In this document: in pieces, positions 36,380 to 47,213 of the stretch
Layout: each line of letters starts with the position of its first letter
Position numbering within the stretch: the stretch's first letter is position 1
Source of the DNA: Azolla caroliniana
Taxonomy: Eukaryota; Plantae; Polypodiophyta
Reading direction: 5' to 3'
DNA length: 64,000 bases
Assembly: GCA_043228905.1 (NCBI GenBank)
Contig: JBHGNT010000015.1
Span: 18,228,001-18,292,000, forward strand
The notes under the pieces: model-generated
What the model was told of the DNA's origin: nothing
The model's input: the letters and a program-made list of their open reading frames with translations, nothing else
Databases searched by the model: none
Program-made: the position numbers and the translations under genes

Positions 36380-39300
36380 CTATCTTTCATCTTCATGTTT
36401 ATCTATTGGAGGAGGTTCAAGCTCAAACCTTTTCTTAAATACTTTTATCCTCTTTCCAGCTACCACGTTTAGGATTAGTGTCCCATCCAATTCACTAAGC
36501 TTATAAGTAAAGTTATCATATACTTTTCTTACTATATAAGGCCCAAACCATCTTTCAGCGAACTTGCGGACGGTGCAATGTTGATTATCTAAACTGCTAT
36601 CATACACGAGCACCCAATCTCCTTCTTCTATTTTCTTAGGTCAAATTCTATGAGTTTTATCAAAACGGATTTTATTCTTTAGTCGAGCCTCCTTCAATCG
36701 TTGGGCTGCTATTTCTATATCTTCAGGTCGACGCTCTAATTGTTGAATTCGCAAAGCAAGTAATTCTTCTCTACTCACCTCTTCTCTCCATGGAATAGAT
36801 ATCCATGACATAATTGATTCTTCTATCTGCATGATGGGCTTTTGGCCAAGTATCAATTCAACTGGCATGTATCCTGTTACTGAACTATGAGTTGTTCGAT
36901 CTGCCCATAGTGCATAAGGTAGCATGCGTGGCCAATCTCTTATTTTACCTTTACAGCTTTTCACGATCGCCTTAACTATTGGGCTATGTCCTCTTTCAAT
37001 TTTTCCATTGGCTTCTGGATTATACGCAGTTGTAAGTGATAATTTGACCCCTATTCAGTTGAAGAATTCTCTAGCTTCATTAGAGTCGAGTTCTCCTCTA
37101 TCTGCAATTATTTTACCAACACACCCGTAACGACATATTACATCTTCTAACAAAAATTTACATACAACTCTAGTTGTTTTTTGTCGTAGTGGTCTTCCTT
37201 CTACTTGGTTTGTAAGGTCTTCTCTTGCTAGTACTAAATATCGCATTTGACCTTCCCCAAGTGGCATTGTCACTAGATCAACCATCCATTTATAATGCAT
37301 TGATGATGAATATGTTGGTTTTAGCTCATCTCGATACCGGATAGTTGAATACCTCTGGCAAACCTCACAGGTTTCCACAAATTTCGTTACATCTTTATAC
37401 ATATGTGGCCACCAATACTTTTCTTTCAACTTCATAAATGTCGCCCATATGCCTCTATGTCCTGCCCACAAACTATCATGGAATTCATTAATTAATTTTC
37501 TCTTAATGTCATCCTTACAAATGACTCGAAGAGGATTTTCGGTTGGCCTTTTTGGACGCCTCCATAAATGCCCTTCATGTAAAAAAAACTTGAATGCTCG
37601 TCTTCGAAATTCATTTAATTGTTTCTTCGACCATGATGGGTTGGCTTCTTGAGTCTTTAGAAAATTTCCTATTTCTAACCATTGACCTTCATACTCTGCG
37701 TCTTTGAACATTATACAAGTACATTAAACTCATCATGAGGCGTAATAGATTCTTGATGAGCAAATTGATGGCTTGTAGTTGCCCAGTTCTTATCTTCAGT
37801 TTGCATCACCTTTTCATTTATGAACCTTGCCCTTGACAACATATCTGCAACTGGGTTGTCTTTTCCCTTTATATGCCGCAATTCTGGGTTCATGGTTCTG
37901 ATGTATGCAATCCACCGAAGCATTGCAATATCTGGTGTCGTGCAACTTGCTATCATTCCAATGAGTGGCAAACAATCTGTTTCAACCACTACATCTGCTT
38001 CGATCAAGTAATCTCTATTTGTTTTTAATGCAGTAAGCAAACCCCACAATTCTCGTTTAACTTGTGCATAGTTTCTTTGTCTTTCATTTAATATCTTTGC
38101 TCCAAATCTAATAGCATATCGATGTTGGTCTTCATCTTCTTGCTTGATAACCCAACCGATCCCAATTGGGCTAGTATCAACTGTTACTATAATTGGTCTT
38201 TCACCTTTGTAGTCTGGTTGACGAAGAACTGGTGCTTTCAGTAATGCTTCTTTCAGCTGTTGAACAACTTGTGTATGTTCATCAGTCCAAATAAACTTCT
38301 TTCCTTTTCTTAAAAATTGGTAGAGAGGATCTGAGACATGTGCAAAGTGTGGTAACCAAATATGATAAAACACACATGCACCCAAAAATCTTCTCACCTC
38401 TGTTACCGAGTCGCAAACTTCCTTCATATTTTGTATTGCGTTAATTTTGATTGGTGAAGGCTTCCTCCCATACCACCCACACATATGACCAACTATTAGA
38501 ACTTCGTTTTGCCCAAAGCAAGACTTTGTTCCTGATAGTGTTAAATGTACCTGCTCAAGCTTATTTAAAATACTTTCACAGTCATTAATTTGATCCATCA
38601 CAAACTTTCTGCAACCATTTCCAACCATAGTCTCATCTTTCTTTCTTTCTATGCATCCCTTAATAGGAATATCATCTAAAAATGGCATAGTTACCTTTGG
38701 GATGTATTCATGTAGAACTTTGTTCATTGCATTCATCATATGAGCAACCGAATTCGTTGCACCTTGAGGTAGAGTGCACATTCGAACCAACCCAATTGGT
38801 GTTTTCATTGTTGTGATATTGCGACTATCAATTGCTAGTTGAAATTGTTCATATCCTGAATATAGGTCTCCCACAGAGTAAATCGCTCTTCCAGCAAACG
38901 CTTCCGCAAATTCATCAACGATCGGTCTGATTCCCGCATTTCGGATTGTGACTTTGTTGACAGGTTGTAGATCTTGAATGAATCTTAGAGAACCATCTTT
39001 CTTTGGAACTGTGAACCATCTATTGGAGTATGGTGCATTTGAAGGCTCTAAAATCTTCATCTTGACTTTATCCTTCAACAGCTCCAACAATTGAGGTAAT
39101 CGAGCTCTCAGTACTGCAATAGGTTTAAAATTCCAAGGAATATGAGGGATAGTAAATATTGCCATTGGCGTCACCACCTTTGGATTTACACAACCAATCT
39201 CCTCAGCTTTGAATGCAAACACTTTCCCATGCCTAAAGATCATTTCTTTGAAAGTCGCGATCTCTGATTGCAGAAGAAATTCACCCCTTCCGATTCTCAA

Positions 39301-39728
39301 GTTATTTATTGTCTCCGAAGTGAAGTGATGTCTGATCTTCTCTATTGGTCGAAGCATAGGCTCGGTTGCTGCTGCCTCCATCTTCTCTTCACTACCAATA
39401 GGTAATGGTATTGCAGCAGGTTTGACCTTTTTATCTATTGTTTCGTATTTTGTATTACATAAACTTTCTACTTCTTCATATTTACAATTATACCTATCAA
39501 TCTCATAATACATATCAATTGAGTTTACATGTATCTTTCTAACATTCTCATCATCTTCTTTCAAATACATTTCTAACTCTTCTAAAGTATTTGCAAAAGA
39601 AATTTATTCCATAACACTTTCAATCTGCTCTTCCATTTCAAGTACTCCATTATCTTTCAATGCCTGCTGAAACAGATTAGCATTCTTTTTCAAGTTCCTC
39701 TTGCATTCATACATCCTAGTCACACATA
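36380..39728 (-). pseudogene. pol: Gypsy-C RT-RNase H-integrase
   Basis: LRFIQDLQPVN, LPQGATNS, FLDD, VDTS, TDC, ADMLSR; H..HRG...CEVC; YNPEANG; WFGPY. Few frameshifts and stops. Confidence 0.92.
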
Positions 39729-40029
39729 TAGCATGTCATGATATGGCAAGACTCGAACCCATGACCTTAGGTTATATAGGTCGAGCCTCTTGACCATTAG
39801 ACCATCTATTGTAATACGTAGGATATTATTTTCATTTACATTTTATTATAGGAAATTAGTGTATATTCCAGATTTCTCTGGAACATTCTAGAAGCTTTAG
39901 GATTACTCCTGAAAACACTATAAAAGAGGGCACTAGGCATTATGTTGAACCAAATTGGTTCAACGCCAGTCTTAAGCCTTTTAGCCACCGTTGTATATTC
40001 TCTTCATATAATAAATATCTTTCTTATCA

Positions 40030-40075
<46 letters not shown>

Positions 40076-40247
40076 GCTCACTTCTTCCTTCTCTCGAAGA
40101 AGTTCCACACCTCTCATAGTACTAATCCTTCGTTTAGTACTAATTCCTTCTCTGTCTCAGTACTGTTCATGACAGTTTGAACCAATTTTCTTACCTTCTG
40201 TCCCTCTCATTTCCTACTAATCTTTTATTCCTCTTTTCTTTCATCCC

Positions 40248-41400
40248 ATGGCCACTGTTAGCGCTGAAGAATATCAATCTGTTTTCTCGGAATTTCAATG
40301 CTTGAAGGAGAAGTTCCATGCTTTGGAACAAGAAAACCAACGGTTGTTGGGGGATCTTCAGCAAATCTCCTTAGAAAAGCAGCAAACGCAACAACAACAT
40401 GGGGAACTTGCGTTACGCGTGCAACAACTCGAAGCCACCATCGTAGCGATGCAACAACACGGGCCCGGAACACAAGGGATTCATAAAGAACCTAAGATTG
40501 GCCTTCCCACGAAGTTCGATGGAACGCGATCGCAGTTTAGAGGGTTCCTTAACCAGGTACGATTAGTTATTCAAATGCATCCTTCCCGATATCCCACCGA
40601 TGCATCACGAGTGGGTTTAGTAGGCACTTTGTTAAGTGGCTCAGCGTTGTCATGGTTCGCTCCACTATTAGAAAAGGAATCTCCGTTACTCAACAATTTT
40701 GAAGAGTTTCTAGGTGAGTTTAAAGCATGTTTCGGAGATACTGACAGCATCAGGACCACAATCAACAAAATCCGGCGATTACGCCAAGGTGACCGTCCAG
40801 CCTCCGCATATGCTGCAGATTTTCGCCTACTCGCCGCCGATATCCCTTGGGATGATCAAGCATTGATGGAGCAATTCCGTTATGGTTTACGCAACGACGT
40901 CAAGGATTTACTCTTGACCTTCCCCGAAGAGCCAAAGTCCTTAATAGAAGCAATTAGTCGCGCGGTGAGATGTGACAACCGCCTCTTTGAGCGACGTTCG
41001 GAACGACAGCTACAGATGCCGAGGGCAAGATCAGAGCCCACCTACGCCTCAGTGGTAGCAAGACCTTTTCCGAGGGAGTCATATAATGCGTCTCCAGCGA
41101 ATACTCCGACTCCGATGGAGATTGACACTACACGTCGTCGAGGGCCATTATCCGAAGAAGAAAAGCAGCGACGCCGTACAAATCGACTATGTCTTTACTG
41201 CGGTGGACCAGGACATATCGCAATAAATTGCCCCCATAGGCCAAGAAGATAGGTAAACCAAATAGTCGCTAGTTCTAATTGTACTAAATCCGAGCCTATT
41301 TCAGTAGGGATATCTGATAGTCCTAATAGTACTAATATCCCAGATCTAGCATTGCAAATTTGATGTTCTTAGTCAGTTAGAAGAAGAGTTAAACGACTAA
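40248..41400 (+). pseudogene. gag: Chromovirus Gag with a premature stop at 41250
   Basis: Near-identical to 20775..21926; CAG>TAG after the zinc knuckle. Confidence 0.9.
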
Positions 41401-41426
41401 GTCCAGCCAAAATAGGAGCCGTTTGG

Positions 41427-42937
41427 TTGGACAGCCCTAGATCTGTGCAGCCCATTAGTGGTTCCATTCCCTCTAAGCAAGTTAGTGATGTGTTCGTAGC
41501 CCAAGTAATAGTTAGTACTAAAAGTACCCCTCCAGTACATGTCCTAGCACTCCTAGATTCCGGAGCTAACTCTTGCTTTATGGATAAGAAATTTGCTCAA
41601 GCTCATAAGATATCCCTAAGAAAACTCCAGTGTCCAGCCTCTATAGTAGTCATTGATGGACGTCCCATTGCTTCCGGAAATATCCTAGAAGAGTCAGAGC
41701 CCATTAATATTGTCCTAGATAACTTAGCATGTGTAGTATCATTTAATATTATTAGTATCCCAGAACATCCTATAGTTTTAGGACTACCGTGGTTCGAGTT
41801 ACATAACCCTGACATAGATTGGAAAACAAGAGAAATCCGGTGTCGACAAACCCAAGGGTCAACTTAGAAGATGGCAACCATTTCGCTACGTCAGTTGCGT
41901 AAAGAAGGGCACAAGGAGGAAATGTTCCTCTTTGCAATATCAGTAAACCCCTCCAACACCACTAAAGAAGAATCCACTAAGTATGTCGGCATCATGGACT
42001 CCCTGATAGTATCATCAGCGACCGTGGACCCCAGTTCGTGTCAAAATTCTAGAAGCACATTTTTAACATGCTCAAGGTCACTTGTAACCTCTCTTCCGGC
42101 TACCACCCACAAACTGACGGCCAAGTTGAACGAACAAATCAAACGTTGGAGCAGTATCTGCAGTGCTTTCTCAGCTATCATCAGGACGACTAGGCAGATA
42201 TTCTCCACTTCGCCGAATTTGCCTATAACAACTCTATCCACGCATCCACTAAAGTTACGCCATTTTATGCTTATATGGGATGTCACCCCCGGTGGACTGT
42301 ACTTGAAACCCCAGAGGTGTCCACAAATCCGTGCGCTGAGGATCGTTTGGAGCAGTTACGCAAGATACAAGCGGATTTATCTACTCATCTCCAGCAAGCT
42401 CAACAAGCACACAAGGTCTACGCGGATCGTCATCGACTTCCATCTAGTTTTAATATTGCAGATCGGGTGTGGCTGCTACGACGACACATCAAGACTACTC
42501 GCCCATGTGAGAAGTTGGATTATCGGCGATTAGGTCCTTTCCGTATTATTGGAAAGATTAATGATGTTGCTTTTTGTCTCGATCTACCTCCTCAACTTTG
42601 GATACATCCGGTGTTTCATAGTTCTCTCTTCGAACCCTACCACAAGAGCACCATCCCAAAACGTCTTATCCAACCTCCACCCCCGATCGAGCTTGAACAT
42701 GGGCCGGAGTACGAGGTTGCTGCCATCTTTGATTCCAAGATTGTTCGCAACAAGCTCTACTATCTAGTCGATTGGCTAGGCTATAGTCCCAGCGAACGTA
42801 CTTGGGAAGCGATCGAGAATGTAACCAATGCTCGTGCTCTTCTTGAAGACTTCCATCGTCAATATCCACACAAACCGGGTCCTCAATCCAAGACGACTCG
42901 TGACACTCGTCGTTTTAAAGGGGGGATAGTGTCATGA
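41427..42937 (+). pseudogene. pol: Chromovirus protease fused by deletion to integrase C-half plus chromodomain
   Basis: LLDSGA, VLGLPW; HGLPDSIISDRGPQF; LGPF; EYEVAAIFDSK...YLVDWLGYSPSERTWE. Confidence 0.9.
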
Positions 42938-43225
42938 TATGGCAAGACTCGAACCCATGACCTTAGGTTATATGGGTCGAGCCTGTTGACCATTAGACCA
43001 TCTATTGTAATTCGTAGGATATTATTTTCATTTACATTTTATTATAGGAAATTAGTGTATATTCCAGATTTCTCTGGAACATTCTAGAAGCTTTAGGATT
43101 ACTCCTGAAAACACTATAAAAGAGGGCACTAGGCATTATGTTGAACCAAATTGGTTCAACGCCAGTCTTAAGCCTTTTAGCCACCGTTGTATATTCTCTT
43201 CATATAATAAATATCTTTCTTATCA

Positions 43226-43273
<48 letters not shown>

Positions 43274-43477
43274 GCTCACTTCTTCCTTCTCTCGAAGAAG
43301 TTCCACACCTCTCATAGTACTAATCCTTCGTTTAGTACTAATTCCTTCTCTGTCTCAGTACTGTTCATGACATAGCACCACTTTCAGTTAACATGAAATG
43401 ACTTATTCATATGTTGTAATGCCCTATATGAGGGTCTTTTAATAATGGGACTATTGCAACCCTCACTCGCAACAGTC

Positions 43478-45628
43478 CTAGTCAAAAACCTGATTATCAA
43501 AATCATCACAGTCTTTTGGAATTGAATGATCACGAAGCTCTTGCTTGTTCCTCTCATGATTTGGGCGAACTGTCATAAATTGTACAGTTCGTCGTCCATC
43601 TTGGCTACGGATTTTCACATAGGCAGAACCATTGTCAAGGACTTTGGTCTCCATTCGTACCGCTGTAATGTATGGTTGCCCCAGGATTATTGGATAGGTA
43701 GATCCTTCCTGCACAAAGAAATGTTGATCTACCTCTATATCACCAATAGTAACCTTTACATTTGGGCATGCACCAAATAAATCTTCCGTGACTGATGTGG
43801 CAGCTTTTATTCGCCAACCATGTTGAGTATCAATTGGCCATCTACCTTTCCTGTAAAAATCAACACTCATTATATTTATTTCAGAACCATGATCAATAAG
43901 TGCCATCACGGGGTCTGGAACATTTCCAATCTTCACATGATGCTCAGTAGTGGCTCTTGCCCAACATTTGCGAGAGTAATGGCTTCTTACATCTGTTGAA
44001 TTTATCATTGAGGTTGATGCATGTTGAGAGTCAACAACGATATTGTTTGACTCGTTGCTCACCACTTCATATGCCACCTTCGGATTTGTCTCTTTAACCT
44101 ACTCATTTACTTGCTTCTTTCTTCGCACAATATCAATTATTTCATCATGAAATTCCTTTTTTGCAATACCTAACACTTCTCTTAGTGTAAATTCTACTTG
44201 ACTGTCTAGTATTCTTGTTTCTAAAACTTTCTTTAAATCTGTATCCTTTTCAATATCAAACATTAATTTGAATGAAGGACCAGATTTATCTTTTCTTTTG
44301 CTGTCTCTTGTCTCATGCTTTTTTGTTGAGCCAATCTCATCATGCGGCCTTTTCCTTTTTTCTTCCACTATCACCTCATGCTCTTGGTGTTCTGCCATAT
44401 GAGCATAGACCGTCATAGCATCTACTGGAACATCCCATCCAGTGTTTTTCCTTACAGAATCTCCGGCAACACGAAGGTCTTCCATCTTCATCTTTTGCTT
44501 TTGTGCGGTACTTAAAACCTTCTCCCAGAATGATGATCGGGATGGCATGTCATCGAGGCGCATTCCTGCCGTTGCCGAGTAGTACATTGTGGAAGCCTTC
44601 TTTGCTTCTGCTTCTTCAAATTTAACCTTAACACCACTATCACCAAAGTTCTTTGTAAGTGGACTTCTAGTTTCAGTTAAATAAATGTTACCATTTTTCC
44701 AATACACCAAGTCTCGATTTTCCATGTCTTTATATTCCGCACAATCACGTAATCGATGTTCGAGACTATCACACCACATGCATTGAGGTCGAAATGGTTC
44801 CCTTGACCTCGAAGTCTGACCATTCTCAAGCTTTGCCACTTTAATTGTTAGATCTTTCATGCTTTGAACTAAATCATCAAGCAAAGACTCACTCTTAGTT
44901 TCGATCATTTCTCGTGGTTGATGGACCATTTCATGTGATGGTTCTCAAACAAGTTTTTGAACTTCGATGTTTTGCTCAAGACAATTTGTGATTCCCACAT
45001 GTGGTATTTGTAGCATTGCACCATTCCTTTGCATTCTTTTCAAAAATTTATTACAAGCATTTGTTACCTCATTCCAATCTGCAGTTATACCATCCTCAGT
45101 ATTTGGTACTTCAAGCATGAATTCCAATTCTTTTCTATATCTCTTGTCAACTGCCTGCAAAAATAAAGCAACCTTTTGCCAAGACAAAGAATTTCTTTCT
45201 TCTAGCTTTAAGTGTCCATACATCCTATCAAACTCTTTTTTTGTGTCAGCCACAGATAACCCTTTATCTTCTTTTAAGATCCATTCATGAAATGAACGCA
45301 TAGTAACTCGAGAGAAATCCTCACGAGCATATTCAGACACAAGTGCTTCTTTGAATGCATTCCAATCCAAACTATGCAATGCTTGTGTTTCATGAATTCT
45401 ATCTCTTAATTCCATGTCCACTAATTTATAAAAGTTTGCTATCATATTAACATCATTTATACCAAACATTTCCATTTCATCATAATATATATTCACATAC
45501 TTCGAAATATTTGTGCCATCAAACATACCAATCTTCTCTTGGACTTCTCGTAAGGCATGAAATAATCGATCATGATTCAACTTTTCAATAAACAACATTA
45601 CCGGATCCATTGTACTCGTACTTGCCAT
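43478..45628 (-). pseudogene. gag: Gypsy-C Gag-protease
   Basis: FDGTNISKY, CMWCDSLEHRLRDC knuckle and ALIDHGSE; protease is in frame with gag past one premature stop at 44099. Confidence 0.88.
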
Positions 45629-45672
45629 GTTGATGTTGATCTTTACTTTAGATGTCTCTTCTACTTCCCCGT

Positions 45673-45690
45673 TTCACGTCGGGTTCACCA
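45673..45690 (-). promoter_or_regulatory. Primer-binding site complementary to tRNA-Trp
   Basis: TGGTGAACCCGACGTGAA, 5 nt from the 5' LTR; + strand TTCACGTCGGGTTCACCA matches the plant cytosolic tRNA-Trp 3' end as I recall it. Confidence 0.8.
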
Positions 45691-47213
45691 AATTGTGTCG
45701 TGACGTGGCTCGCCTAGAAGCGTAGCATTGCGCACACAAAGGATAACGTGAAAGTGAGGAAGGAATCACTGGGATTATGGACGGAAGAGATGAAAGAGTA
45801 GAGATGGAGTGAATAGAGTTCAATAAGATATGACAAAATAGGATTTTTAAGGAATATAAGATAAGACAAGATAAGATATAAGATAATATATGAGAAAGTG
45901 TATGAAATTTATAATCATTTTCATGAAAGAGTTACAAAATGATTGTGCACGTCGTTGAACCTCCGAACTTTGTCTTGCAAGGTAATCGCTCTTCTCTTTC
46001 TTGATCGTAGACCACTACAATCTTCACTTCAATATTTTGATGAAGATAAGGCTTGAACCGCCTCCCTCTTGTTGAGAGTTGACCACCACGACCGCCAAGC
46101 TAGAGCTCCACGTTGCGTAAAACTTTTTCCCTTCTTTCTCTATTTTTATGGTATCTCTTATGTAATACATAATTTGATTGATATCTCATACATATCTCCC
46201 CCTTTGATCTTCTCTTTCACCATTTAAATAGGTGCCCCCATGCATATGATGCATTGGAGGGTACAAGTCATGCATGTAGTACATGAAATGCATGTGATGC
46301 ATGATCGTCATTTGGCGTTCATGCATTACATGTGATGCATGATAAACATCTCGCTCATTTGAGCTTTTATGTATGAAACAATATATGCAATAACAATAAA
46401 CATGAAAATAAAATCTTAAAGAGAAAGGACCTAGCCTAATGGTAGGTGTGTTGACTTTGGTGTATGAGGTTGTGGGTTCAAGTCTCAAAATACTATTGAA
46501 TACGACATGCAACTTTATTTTTATATCATGAAGCAAATCCTTTATATAATATAAAGTATATATAAAGTATGCTTTATTTTATGTATATAGTATAGAGTAA
46601 ATGGTAAGATTTGAGAGTTATAGGGTGGGGTTATTGGTTCAAGTCCTCTCTTGTTCGTGTAATATAATATATTTATCTATATATATATATTATTTTTCTT
46701 TACATATATATAATATTATCATATGTGTTGTTAATATTATCTTTATATATAAAACATTATCAAATGTTATTTTAGTTACGTATTTATCTTATTGTAGACT
46801 TTTAATGTGAAGCTTTCGTACTTCACGACACCGTAGTAGCCCTTGCCCAATGCAACTTCGAATAGTGGCTCTCCGCCAACTCGTCTTCTAGGGCCATGTC
46901 CTCTAGGCATGTCGTTCGCACCTCCACCGGTTTCTCCGGCTCCGACTCCGTTGAGAGTCATTTACGCGTCACCAAGTCCATGATGGAATCGTGGAACTCC
47001 TTGGCGATCCCGAGCACCTCCCTTAGCGACAACTCCACCTTGCTGTCGAGAATCTGCTCCTCTAGGACCTTCCGCAGGTCCGTCGTCCTTTCAATCTCCG
47101 TGCTCAGCCGATAACCGACCCGCTTCGTTCTATCCGGTGCGTCGGGGTTACCGGCATCATTCTGCTTCGGCCCGAACCGGGTCTCATACCGTTGGGAGGG
47201 TCCGGCCCCTCCG

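Larger units (their letters stand above)
39734..43372 (+). mobile_element. Chromovirus copy 2 (RT/RNase H deleted), TSD TAGCA
   Basis: Near-identical LTRs 39734-40174 and 42930-43372; PPT AAAGGGGGGATAG; gag, protease, partial integrase and chromodomain. Confidence 0.95.
35215..46830 (-). mobile_element. Gypsy-C: full-length AT-rich non-chromoviral element, 4-bp TSD CCGT, hosting chromovirus copy 2
   Basis: LTRs 35215-36339 and 45696-46830 (TGTCRTGA...TCACGACA); PPT GAGGGGGTGGA at 36340-36350; gag-PR-RT-RH-INT order. Confidence 0.94.

Noticed and set aside
45673-45690. tRNA-Trp gene
   Set aside because: Only the 3' 18 nt including CCA are present, next to an LTR, so it is a PBS.
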